Numbered from the stretch's first letter, positions 11,631 through 23,710 are shown. The stretch is 39,472 nt of DNA from Catajapyx aquilonaris (GCA_000934665.2 KZ538936.1:1-39472); one strand, 5' to 3'. Notes: generated by a model from the letters alone, not told the origin. Program-made: numbers and translations.

Positions 11631-12633
11631 AGTGCAATGAAAAAATGTCTGGATTTTCGGAGGAACTGAAATGACTTAAAATCTATCCAGTAGCACTCTC
11701 CCTTGAGAACTCCCCAAACCCATAAACCAGGGCATTGCAACGAAACAAGCATGTATTGACTGTAAAGCACAAAATAAATAAAGGTCCATGCAGTATCTTG
11801 AAAGATCTGCACTACCCAAATGATATATTTAAATACAAATTCACAAGTTTCCAGCTCATTTTTAACTACTCAGAAAATAGATATTTTAAAACCGACCATC
11901 ACTTAATTTCATCTATTATTATTGGGAGCAATGTCTACTAAAAATAATAATTGCTACTGAGACAAAAATAAATCCTGGAAGGGATCCTTTGTGCCAGATT
12001 CAAATGCGTTTTTCCACTGCACTGCTTAAGTGTTAAAGGTAGACCAAAGCTCATAAATTGGATTGCAAGTGGAAGAGCAAAGTGATGATTTTGCTGTGTT
12101 AATGATTAATACTATCTCATTTAGTCATAATGAAATTCTTTGTGTCTCCAGAGATCAATCATGGACTCTTGTTTCCCAAAAATGAAGTGATGTACTATTA
12201 CAGGGTCCACATTTTTGTTTATTTAACATAATTGACCATGGAAAAAGAAGGCAAACGTATTTGTTGACTTTTGCAACATAATATTTTTACAAACTTGTAT
12301 AACTTGAATCATCCACAACTTGAAATTTCTTCTGGTACCTTAGATATTCAGATTATACAAGTTCCACTGTCATTTTGCCATTGGCACAAGTATCACATAA
12401 CTCTACATTATCTTTCAATGGTATCATCTAGATTACTAGCAGAACAACTACATGTGGTTTTTCAGAGAACCATATCCAGGTGTGACAGACCACTTGTCTA
12501 AACCTGCATCACCTATACATAGCGACTACAATTTTTATTGGCCATGCCGGTGCCATTTTACACAGAACTTGAAGCAAAAGCTCGGCGCATTAAACACAGA
12601 TTCAACAACACACAAATGGCACGCAAGTCTTAC

Positions 12634-12934
12634 CATATTCCCAGGGGTTAGCTGGCTCGAGGTATCCAGTAATGAGCTGAGATTCCTCATCCGGGAAGGA
12701 CACTCTCCGGTCCATACTGCCTCCACCTCCAGCTGCATCCCCGTTGGTCTCCCGGCTGGGGCATTCTGAGAAGATGTCATCACTCTCCTCATCATCATCA
12801 TCCTCTTCCCCTTCATCTTCGTCCTCTTCTCCGTCGTCCTCTTCATCCTCCTGTCCGGCGACCACCGGAGCCTTCTTGTTATTTTCCACCACGGCCTCAT
12901 CGTCGACCGGGCCAGCTGACACAGTCTCACTCAT
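12634..12934 (-). CDS. PPP1R37: PPP1R37 coding exon 1 (acidic tract, RVxF PP1-docking motif)
   Basis: ATG at 12934 with an in-frame TAG 9 nt upstream; 100 codons+1, ends TAT G|gtaaga; RRVSFPDEESQLITGYLEPANPW corresponds to the PPP1R37 RVxF…EPxxPW segment. Confidence 0.88.
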
Positions 12935-12939
12935 ACTTG

Positions 12940-13500
12940 CCTATTTGCTGGCCTTTCCGTCACCAGAAACCCCAAATCATTCCCACACCTGCCCCGTCGT
13001 CACCTTTGTAAATAGCCCTCCGCAGGTGAAACTCCCGCGATTTATTCCGCCGCCGACCGTCCTTCGACCGCCATCTTTGCGAACATCTGATTCCTTCCCC
13101 AGGCAGCGACTTTCTGGATTCACACCATCCATCCGCACTAGTTGCAGACACCGCCGACAGGGGAAAGGAGGGAGACTATGATAAGGGGGGAGATGAAAGG
13201 GGGCGGGAGGGGTGGGAGAGGGATTATGCACCAGGTGACATCTGTGGGTGGAAAAAATAGGTATATCAAATGCGCGACATATTCGTGACGTCAGGATGAC
13301 AGAAGAACGCAGCAGACTCGGCTGATTGGCTGGATGATTCCAGAATAAAAATTGCAGACAGGCTATTTTCGGCAGTATTGTTGCTCTCTGCAATATGCTT
13401 TAGCAGTGACAAGCGAATGTCATTAACCGGAACTGTTAGGAGAGTATGATGGCATTGTTATCCAGCGACACTACGTTTGAAACCTGCGCGCTGGCTATAG
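12940..13500 (-). promoter_or_regulatory. CpG-rich promoter/5' UTR of PPP1R37
   Basis: YY1/Pho-type CCGCCATCTT at 13068-13077, GC box GGGGCGGG ~13200, palindromic CRE TGACGTCA at 13286-13293, CCAAT box (ATTGG 13325-13329); CpG-rich against depleted flanks. TSS not determined. Confidence 0.6.
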
Positions 13501-15664
13501 TGATAAGCTACTATTATTAGTTATCCTGAATAGTTACTTTTACTGTCAGCTTGTATTAGCTGGTCATATTATGCTAGCTTAATTGAAGTTTTTGAGGGCT
13601 AAATAGGCGAAATTACCTAAAGAAAAATCGATTCAGTCAAGTTCCATCCTTGATCTACTGTTAGTGGTTCCAACGTGGTCATTGATAACGTCAGAAGATG
13701 CTTCCATTAAACATAATATTAATAGCTATGTTGTTGCTGTGAATTGAAGCAATAACTAATACGTCACAATGGTTAACGTAGCAGTGACGTAGATTTGGAA
13801 CACTTAGTTTATTACTGCAAAATCAATAGCACGTAATTTTTTTTAAAAGCTATTTACATTGTTTATTTTGTGTAACCAAGTGAGCTCATTCTGAGTTGTG
13901 GTTACTTTGTGAATTGTGACACAATATGGCGTTCGTCGGTGGCTCCAAAATTTAATTTTAGAATATACCAGATATAGGAGCAAGGTCGTACCGTGCGGTT
14001 ACGTTTTAATGCAACACGGCGCGCTTTTGTCGAAATACTTGAGACGAGTTGAAGACAGAATTTAGCCATGTTCGGCTTTGAGTTCCATGGCTGAGGCAAG
14101 AGCTGAGGTCACAAACCAGCTGAGCAGCACAGATCAACATTGAACAACTCAACAAAAACAACCGCTTTGTTTGACAGTACAGGTAAGCTACATTCGACTT
14201 CCATTCATTCAGTTGCCACTACTATTCATGTTGGACTAACAAATCTGACGCATATTCCATATTGATTTGATAGACAAAATGTGCAATAATAAATATGCAT
14301 TTGGTGTAGTTGGGTCTTCCAATTAAATGAGCATTTCCATCCTTGCTGACCCAAATAATTCGAAAATATCAGAGTACATGGTGTAGGGTACATCAACATG
14401 TCAATCACATGCCAGATGTTACAAAAAAAATTAAGGTTTTACCCTTTGTTAATTACCATCAGGTTGGCAGTACGTTTATTCTGTAGGTATTGGTATTCAG
14501 GTAAGCATATATGAGAGGTATATTTTCAATGTCAAAAAAAAGAAACCTCGTCAGGACATGCCCTCTCAAGTTTGAAGAAGTTCTAAAGAAGGTACTCAGC
14601 AGATACCCCATTCAACTGTGCAATTGAAATAACTGCAAACAAAGTTTGGAAAGCTCATTTCAGCCTGCACCGGGAGGTTGTTTATTGGAGGCATAATTAT
14701 ATGGGAATGAATTCAACCTGCATTTGGAGGGTTCTTAGGCATGTAAAAATTGAATGTAATTTTCAACCGTACTTGTGAGGTTGTTTGTAGCCATATACTA
14801 ATACTAGTATAATGATGGACTATGAGAAATATAATTGCTGCTTAGGTAAATTAGAGTATTTTAATAATAGAAGTCATAAGAAAATTAAATATACCGTATA
14901 CAGTATACAACTTGAAGTAAAGAACAAATTAATGTTCTTGCCTGTAAGTAAAAAAGGGCAAGAGCTAATAATACTCTTGGTAAGGGTGAATGCCCTTATG
15001 AAACTTGTTCCGTGCATTTTGTTATTGGCAATAAGGCTGACTGCTGCAGTGAGAATTAATTATTCCTTCCAGCAAGAATCAGAATGTTGGTAATGAACAG
15101 TAAAAATTCAAATCAATGACCAATGCTGAACAGTAATCATGATTTCGCTTGGTGTATCTGATTACTGATCATTGTGTTAAATCTTTATGGATATCCATGA
15201 TACCTGATGATACTGACTAGACCTTTTTGACTGTTCACTAAGCATTCTAGTGTTGCAGGAAGTACTGTAAATTGCAGTTTCAAAGATGTGCGAGAGGAAA
15301 AAGCTCTGCATCATTGCCTGCCAATGCAGAACATTGTTAGTGTTGTTGCCCTGTGTACTACTTGTAGTACATATGCACGTACTGCCACTTGTACAGTACA
15401 TTTTTCAGGCTGCAGCTACATTATTTTCATCTTACCTTGACCTGTTTTGCATTGTTTTAGCAGATTGAAATTTTTCTGTCCCAAAAATTCAGACTTAACT
15501 TTATCACCGAGGTCGTAAACCGTAGATTATTCAGCGTGATTTCAAATAGTTTTCATTTCCGCTATTTTTTGCCAAGGAAATTCATCGTGTTGAAAAGATC
15601 ATCTCATTGATGCACCCTGTATACAGTCATTAGCAGATGTTGCTTTTTAAAGGGTAGATGAGCT

Positions 15665-16025
15665 TTTTTTATTATTATTATTATTATAATAATATTTTTA
15701 GTTGTACCCCGTTATCTGGCCGATAGGTCATTTCTAGGGGGGTGGATTACCACCATTTGGGGTTTTGGAGCGATGTACATGGATATACTTAATTGCTCCA
15801 AGGGTAATTAGGAGGGGATGTGCAAAGTGCAAGTGAGCTGTCGTTAATTGGTCATTTTGTGAACTCCCCCGGGTGGCTTAGTCTATCGGAAATTGCCACC
15901 CGAAACGAAGCCAGAGATGGCCCAACTCTGCACGAAAGAAGGTGGGAACCCCGGGTGGGGATTGAACCCGGGACCTTAACTTCCGTGAGCGCACGCGTTA
16001 CCGCGGCGCCACTCCGTCTTTCCTC
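15665..16025 (-). mobile_element. tRNA-derived SINE with (TAA)n/A tail
   Basis: Minus-strand A box TGGCGCCGCGG and B box GGTTCAATCCC (~15958-16011); tail 15665-15700; 9-bp TSD AGATGAGCT at 15656-15664 and 16026-16034. Confidence 0.85.
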
Positions 16026-16789
16026 AGATGAGCTGTTAAGGTGATCCAGAATAACTAATAAAAGAAACAGAGAAAAGATAAACTTAATTATATTGGCAGA
16101 GAGGCAGACGGAAAGTAAATATGAAGTATACAGCATACCTTACTGACCTACGCAGTGCACATGCAGCTGTATTAATTTATTAGTGAGATATGATTAGAGT
16201 AGCCTATGGTTTGTAATTCGACCCATTATAAACCAGTGATTCGTCTCAAAGTTTAGTCTTGGGCTCACAAGTGAGCTGTAATACTCTTCAGGTGGACCAT
16301 GAACTAATCATAATTTCATTTCTGTATTGGACATTTATTGGAAAATAACAATGTACCTACAGGGATAATAATAAGTGGCCAGAGTAGGATACAGGATCTT
16401 CGTCCTCTTCTAAATGGACCTTTATTAGACACCTATCCTTGTGACATCTTTTAAAAACTTAGTAACTGTGTGGTAACTTTAAAGTCTGATGAAGTTGAGA
16501 AGAGCAAGTGAAGGCCTTGAAACGTAACCAAAAGAGTAAAATATCCATGAGTTTCAATATTGCAGATGTCCTGTTTAGTACTGTAATTAACTTTTACCAT
16601 ACTAATTAACCCAGACATGCCAAGCATCCCCTAAAGGGGACACCTGCACAGTTAGTTACATTTTAATTTTTTTGAGCTAGTTCTTCTGCTGCTAAAGAGC
16701 TGGCAGTAGTCACGGGGTGCTTCCATAGAGTCCCAGCTAAAGATACAAGTTCAAACTTACTCAGTATTGCTTCAGCATTTTAAGATACA

Positions 16790-17171
16790 CAGGGTTGCCA
16801 CAGACCTTGAAATCCTTGAAATCCTTGAAAAGTCAGGGAATAAAAAAATGGTCAGGGAAATCAGTGAAAAGTCAGGGAATTTGAAAATGGGTCAGGGAAA
16901 ATGTGTTTAAAATCGCTGACCTAACGTCGGTCGCGGATAGGACCGTCTCAGTTTGTACATGTGATTATCATTGCGGGCCGGCATGCGTTTCATTAAACAA
17001 AAAAAAGCCAAAAATGCGTCTGATTTACACCCCTTGCTGTGTTCTTTTTTGGAATGGGTTTTTTGAGTTTGCTATGGGTATGTCGAAAGGTCAGGGAATT
17101 TTGATAAAAGGTCAGGGAAGAGTCAGGGAAAAGTCAGGGAAATTAAAAATGGGAAGCCTGTGGCAACCTTG
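16790..17171. mobile_element. hAT-like MITE with 5-bp TSD (hAT5-type)
   Basis: TIR CAGGGTTGCCACAG / CTGTGGCAACCTTG; ATACA on both flanks; eight GTCAGGGAA sub-terminal repeats and a CCTTGAAA triplet. Confidence 0.82.
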
Positions 17172-17507
17172 ATACAGGTGTTTGAATTTGAACTGAGGAA
17201 AAAATGGCTGCACCGTCATGTTCTGAATATGATTAGTAATTAATTCTCGAATATTGATTAGTGTTATGAGTTGTTTATTATTGTTTATAATATTGATAAA
17301 ACTTATGAATGATGACGTTGATGTGGAAAATAATATAGGCATATTTTTTACTTTCCTTGTCTGAGAGTACTGTTGAAATTTGGTGTCCCCTCTGGGGAAT
17401 GCAAGAGGCAAATGCACCCACATTTGGACAAGTAAAGTATATATATGTGTGTGGCTTTTGTAAACTTTGTAGAACTGTATTTTAATGAATCCATATAATT
17501 AAAATGA

Positions 17508-17704
17508 GATTACATCGCAACAGGTTACCATGGCAATCATGGCAACAATGCTTGATTGTTGTTGATTGTGACTAAATTACAATCCCTTCTTTGCTCGGCC
17601 TGTTTCCGTGGTAATTCAATTGACAACAATCAATCAACAAACATTGATGATATTATGAAACTAAGGATATTGCTGAATGTCACTGTTGCCATGGTAATGT
17701 AATC
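17508..17704. repeat. Degenerate inverted repeat containing X-box-like palindromes
   Basis: GATTACAT…GTTACCATGGCAAT…TTGATTGTTGT versus ACAACAATCAA…GTTGCCATGGTAATGTAATC. Confidence 0.5.
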
Positions 17705-18069
17705 AACAACTACTATTATAGCCATACGAGGTTACATTTTCCTAGCATCCCATAATTATAGGGAATGGTCATTTTCTCGCAAACAAGCATTCAGAAAAAT
17801 GTTTTATCTCGATTTTTGTGTTTTGGGAACTAATATGAACTAACAGAAACAAAAAAAAAGTTCAAAAATTCAACAAAACTTTTTCCCGGCATATCTGGGT
17901 AAATATTGACCACTGCACCAAATACTCTATTTAGATGGGCCCTATGACCCCCAGGTGTCCATGGGACATCTGCTGAAAACCACTGTACTAGACCTACTTA
18001 CAATATATTGATTTCTACTGCATTCAGATTCAAAAGTAAAAAAAACACATCTATTTTGTGACATCATAC

Positions 18070-18164
18070 ATCATACATGGTTATATTTTTGCTTATTCTT
18101 TAGAGATGCAAGTCATCACGACTTGCATCTCTAAAGAATAAGCAAAAATATAATCATGTGTGAT
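18070..18164. repeat. 45-bp-arm hairpin with 5-nt loop
   Basis: 18070-18114 versus 18120-18164 match at 43/45 positions; loop ATCAC. Confidence 0.9.
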
Positions 18165-19475
18165 ATTCATCTGGTAGACCTACACTGTATAATACTGTAT
18201 ATTGACATCAGACATGCAGAACTTATACAAATTGTAAGATGCGAGATTGAGAAACACACTAAACAAGTATATTCATGCCGCACAATATTAGTGAGACTGC
18301 CTTTATGGCATAATATTGACAATAACTTAAATAATCCCACACAATAGACACCAGTTCCCTGGCAGGAAAAGCTGACTCTCTTAGCTTGTTCCAAGAGCTC
18401 ATACATAACCACAGCCCAATTTAGCACCAACATATACTGTATATCACTTCACGTTACAGCACACTAACATGGTGGAAGTGAAAACAAGATGCACACTGAG
18501 GTGGAAAAACCACATCACTTTATTATATCAACTTCAATGGCAAGAAGTGGTGTCACATGCATATCAATGGGTGAGGATGTCTGAATATGTCAATTAGAGG
18601 TTGGGTCAGGCCACATGAAGTTGATCAGTAAAAAATAATTTTTGACCTAACCTCATCATATTTTGCTGAATTTTTGCAAACTCTAAGGTATCATTGGGGT
18701 GATGATTGCTCCCTAATTGTATTACTGCTACGAGTGCTACCAGTTCACCAATTCCTGCACAGAAAGTCACTGAAGAATTATTGGCCCAGATCTGGGGACA
18801 CAATTTATGGCATTTTGTTTACTGTAATGCCTTTTTATATTTAAATTTTACATTTCATTATGAATGTAACTGGTAGAGACGGAATGCATGTCATCACATT
18901 ACTGTGCTTTGGGAGTTAAATATAATATTAATAATTCATTAATGCTGTCATATATTGTCTTGTGATATTTTACCTCTTATTCTCAAAAAAGTACACATTG
19001 ATTTTCATAAAATTATCTGCGAAAAGTTCACTAACATTGTAAGTGCACTTCCATAAAAGTCTATAATCAGGATGGCCACTATATTAGCTGACCAAAAACT
19101 TATTTTCCAAAATCTTGACTAGTATCAGCTACGTGTAGTGAATCCACACGAAGTTGAAAAGATTTTTTTTTTACTGGAATTTATCATACACACAACACAC
19201 TTGAGTACAGTAAATATTACGTCATCAGCTGTCATGGAACGACTGATTTGTCTGATTACATATTTCACTCGAACCACCCTCAAATGCATGGGAGGTCACT
19301 TAATATGTTATATCCACAGATCAATCTTATGTGCAGTGGCATTGTGCCTTGCATTGGGCTTCATAGATATTTTTATGCTATGTGGCCATAATACGAATGG
19401 TTGAAGATCACTTTATTATAGTCTATGTGAAGGAATTAGGATGGTTATATACCTGTATGCGAGGGGCATTTCATA

Positions 19476-19720
19476 GGCTGCACAATGGACACAGCTGCAG
19501 AGTGACTGAAACAAATCTCAGTTTAAGTCAGTTTGGGACTTGAGGAAGAGGCAGGTAGCTTTATTACTACCATGGTGCATGGCATTGTGAATTGATGAGT
19601 GTTAGAAATGCCAATGCAGACGCCTCATGAATACACTGTGACACTTGAAGATCAAGATTGAGATATTACATGGCAAAAATCCAGCATACATTCATAGTGC
19701 TTTGTCACAGATTGTATTGA
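19476..19720 (+). mobile_element. Decayed mariner 5' fragment
   Basis: CGAGGGG-type terminus near 19480 and peptide IKIEILHGKNPAYIHSAL resembling the mariner N-terminal HTH start. Confidence 0.4.
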
Positions 19721-20225
19721 ACAAGACCATCCAGCAGCATTCGAGGAAATTTCAGTATCTTCAGCAATGTTGCAATGTCCACACGATACTGTTTCTGTGT
19801 GACAATCAAGTCATGAGTGACCCGCCCACCTGGCCAAAACATTTATTTCTTGCACATTTTTCTTCAAAATGCACAAACTGATATTGGTGGAATTCCTGTA
19901 GCTTCTGAAATTTCCTCCCATGTCGCTGGACAGTCTTGTTAAACACAACCCACAACAAGTTTCACACTTTACTCATCCATGTCCATTTTCAGACTCTCTG
20001 ACTTAGGGTCATTGTTTATGCTTACACATCCTTCAAAAAAGCAAGTAGCCCAGTGGGAAACTTTACTATGATCTACTGTTTGATCATTACAAACCTCATA
20101 CAAAACACTGTGAATGTTTATTAGATTTGTGCCATGTAGAGTCTCAATCTTGATGTACAGTACGACCTTTGATCTTCACATGTCACAGTACCGGTACCTG
20201 CTGAGGTGCCTGCATTGGCCATTTC

Positions 20226-20599
20226 CACGGGCGTAGGTATAGATTTTCAATGGGGGGGGGGNNNNNNNNNNNNNNNNNNNNNNNNNNNNNNNNNNNNNNN
20301 NNNNNNNNNNNNNNNNNNNNNNNNNNNNNNNNNNNNNNNNNNNNNNNNNNNNNNNNNNNNNNNNNNNNNNNNNNNNNNNNNNNNNNNNNNNNNNNNNNNN
20401 NNNNNNNNNNNNNNNNNNNNNNNNNNNNNNNNNNNNNNNNNNNNNNNNNNNNNNNNNNNNNNNNNNNNNNNNNNNNNNNNNNNNNNNNNNNNNNNNNNNN
20501 NNNNNNNNNNNNNNNNNNNNNNNNNNNNNNNNNNNNNNNNNNNNNNNNNGGGGGGGGGGGGGTTTGAACCCCCAAAACCCCCCCTTACCTACGCCCGTG
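20226..20599. mobile_element. hAT-like G-rich MITE spanning an assembly gap
   Basis: Perfect 14-bp TIR CACGGGCGTAGGTA / TACCTACGCCCGTG; perfect 8-bp TSD GCCATTTC at 20218-20225 and 20600-20607; interior mostly N. Confidence 0.85.
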
Positions 20600-22387
20600 G
20601 CCATTTCTATCATTCATCAATCCACAATGTCATGCACAAGGTACTAATGAAGCTATCTGTCACTTCCTCAAGATCCACCTGGCACAGCTGACTCAAAAAT
20701 TGTTGAAATATATTGCTCCAGCCACTCTTTTGATATGTCCCACTGTGCATTACATAATTATGAAATGACCCTCATATTGCATAAAACTATTAGATAATTT
20801 CTTTTCCTATAACTCCTCACTACTCTCTTTACAAAATACATATTTCTCAAATCTTGATAAAGTGGATGCCAGTACAGTATTTTGATTCATTGACTGGGAT
20901 GGGAACTGGCTGAATTGGTTGAATAGTATAGGCAAAGAGAAGTGACCAGTTAATTATGCTTCCTGCAAGTATGATATCAACACACTTCCAACACAGCAAA
21001 CCTTCCCCACCCCCCGAGGTACTGTATACCACTACTGTAAGGAAATGGCAAATGCATGAAAATTGAAAATGATTTTTTTTCTTTTTGACATGGCTATGCA
21101 CAACTAAGAACTAAGGTTTAATTTTTAGACCAGCTGTGAGGGACTATTGTAGTGTAGATGCTGCGGAATGATATCTGCTTGACCTTCAGCCTAACCTGGA
21201 ATTTGGCATTTTTGGCATTCTTTTGGCCTTGTGGATCTAGGGGATCCATGCTGAAAGTGGAAAAACTGCGAACCAATAATTTGAATACAGGTTCACAATG
21301 TCTTATCTGACACCCTAGGGAAAGGCACTTTTGGAATTCTGAATTTTTTGGATTTAAGAATGGTATTAGAGTGCCGGTGGGACCCATTTAACAATGGTAA
21401 TGTTGGTTCCAGCAACACAGTGGTGTAAAATAAAGCGGAGAAAAAATGTATCCCACCTGCATATCTATACAGAACCTGCCACAATGCACCATGAAAAACA
21501 AAAGCAGCACCTATACTGTAGTGTGTTTGGACTCACAAGTGTTGCAGCAATGTGTTTACACTGGACTCCTGACTATCCATGAGCAGATTATCCATGTTGT
21601 GAATTATCCATTCATTACCAAAGAAATGTTAGAAATAAAGGTCCAAAAGCATTTCAATGTCTTGTAAACAAAGAAATATAACAAACTTTTTTCCAGAAGT
21701 CAAACTAAAAATCTACGGTAAGTTTTGTTATTTTGATTAAAGCTTATTTAAAGCAGCATACACTGTGTACAGTAGTTCATTAAAAATCTCTCAATAGCTC
21801 ATTTTAAAGGTATCTAGAACCATTTTTGGATTATCCATGTTTTTCAGGCACACCTGTCCATTAATTAGCAAGGATAATCAGAAATGCAGTGTATGTTTGT
21901 ATTGTTTGTTATTTTCAAATTATTACAAATTTCCCATTTAAAAATTTCAGAGGTAATTTTGAAACTGGCATTAATGTGAATATTGGCATAATATGAAGTG
22001 GTGTAAAATGGACCGTATGTATGCATATCTTATTGTATATCGTAAGCACAGTCATTGTATGAATAGGTAAACCCCACAAAATTTAAGTGCTTGTATACTG
22101 TACAGTGTACATATACTACATGCAGTAAAGGTGCATTACCCCTTGACTGAGGATCCTAGAGAATAGGGTACATCACGTGGGGTATATCATTGTTGTCGTC
22201 ATTGTTGTGGGTCGCACTGGGACATGCCTGGCACCTAATGCCAGTTGTTTTTGTTTTTTTTTGTGTGCAGATGACCTCCATGAAAAATACATATTAATTA
22301 TTACGAGCTTTTCAGTTTATGAGAGTTTCAGATAAGAAATTGCATGCAAACCTGCATTGACTATAAAATTATTATCAGCCTGAATTT

Positions 22388-22442
22388 ATTTACTTATTCC
22401 GTACCCCCATTAAAGAGGCCATAGGCCTCATTGGAGGTACCT
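22388..22442 (-). mobile_element. Ultra-short 5'-truncated retroposon tail (stem-loop only)
   Basis: 10-bp direct repeat GCCTGAATTT at 22378-22387 and 22443-22452 flanking a 55-bp insert that folds on the minus strand and ends in an A-rich tail. Confidence 0.6.
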
Positions 22443-23343
22443 GCCTGAATTTGTTTTTAATGATAGGACAAGAGCAAAATTTTATGTAATTATTATTAAA
22501 TTTAATCATGATTATTATCAAAGGCACTGTAGATATGGTCTTATGGCTAATTAAGAGCACTTGTAGTGGTCATTGTGAGAATTCGCATTTGCAAGGTTAC
22601 TGAGAAAAGGTCAAACAGGGGGAAATAGTTGAAAAAATCCACAATCCAGCAGTATACCGTATATGATAATTCCTACCCAAAATCCTCAATTTAAAACACA
22701 TACCGTATGGTAGCAGGAGCGTCAATAAGTTCATGCTTTTTGATACTATGGCGAGGCAGAAAATTCACTCCTGATCAAGACACAAAAATAATCTAGTAGA
22801 AAACAAAATGTACCTTTCCCTAGAACCATAAATATTTTTCTACCTAACCAAATTATCCCAATTTCCTCAAAATTACAGTAACTTTGCAACATCCTACTGT
22901 AAAGATCACGTTATATAATTCCAGGTACATGGAAGGATAACGACAATTTATTGTGCAAATAATATAAGTGTAGACTTAACCTACCGCTCACCATGTTAAT
23001 CTTCACATGAATAGCACTGATGTCATGATGTGTGACGTTGCAACTCACTTCACTTTAAAAAAATAGTGATATTGCAAATTTCAAACTACACAAATACACA
23101 GACTCTGCGGCATGACTAACGGCATTTTATTACAAACTGTTTTTTCACCCCAAAAATATATTCTGCAAATGCCACTGTATATGAGCGCAGAACAGATGAG
23201 AAATCCCTTTCATTCAATATAAACAGCTGCTGTTCCTATTCATAATGGGGTAAGTCACCACGTTTGCCTGCATAACAAAAGGATCTCAACACATGGGCCA
23301 TTGGCAACAATGCACAACCAAAAACAATGCTGCAACAACAAAT

Positions 23344-23710
23344 CTAGAGGTTGCCAGATGCAGCTGCCCTGTCTCTCTCCTCCCAAATTGTTCGTCCATC
23401 ACATGCACAAAACTTCTTCGGGTTCTCATTTAATCCTGCAGACCTGGCTATGATGCCACAGGTCAGGCGTACCCCTGAGTTGCCATCAATCAGGGACCTC
23501 TCTGACCCACCCTTCCCAAGATCATCCCTCCCTGAGGTGACTGCTATGGATCGACCAATCAGTTCCTCCACTTTGAGAATTGGAGTCTCTATGCGAAAAT
23601 GTGCACGTCCAGTAGAATCGGCCAGAATGTTTCCAAGATCACCAGCATGTCGATTAACATCAGTGGGACCACCGTGGATGGATCCATAGGGATTGTAGTG
23701 GTCACCAATG
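23344..23710 (-). CDS. CCS: Copper chaperone for superoxide dismutase, last exon (SOD-like domain and C-terminal CxC)
   Basis: tctttcag|C ATT GGT…TAG, phase 2; GDHYNP…HGGP…RHAGDLGNI…GNSGVRLTCGIIARSAGL…CACDGRTIWEER is the diagnostic CCS C-terminus. Confidence 0.95.

Noticed and set aside
12535..13181. Alternative-frame and antisense ORFs (poly-Ser, Arg/Met-rich)
   Set aside because: Shadows of the low-complexity acidic PPP1R37 exon 1.
15113..15175. Possible C/D snoRNA or pre-miRNA (CAGTAATCA…TGATTACTG stem, CTGA boxes)
   Set aside because: No canonical RUGAUGA C box, and the stem is short and irregular.
16807..17145. CRISPR-like array of GTCAGGGAA repeats
   Set aside because: The repeats are 9 bp, irregularly spaced and lie inside TIRs in a eukaryotic locus; they are transposon sub-terminal repeats.
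20176..20691. Long ORFs in the track
   Set aside because: They are open only because they cross ~290 Ns.
21287..21893. Tigger/pogo-like fragments (also ~10805-10985 and ~36228-36543)
   Set aside because: Suggestive termini, but I could not pair the ends or find TSDs confidently.
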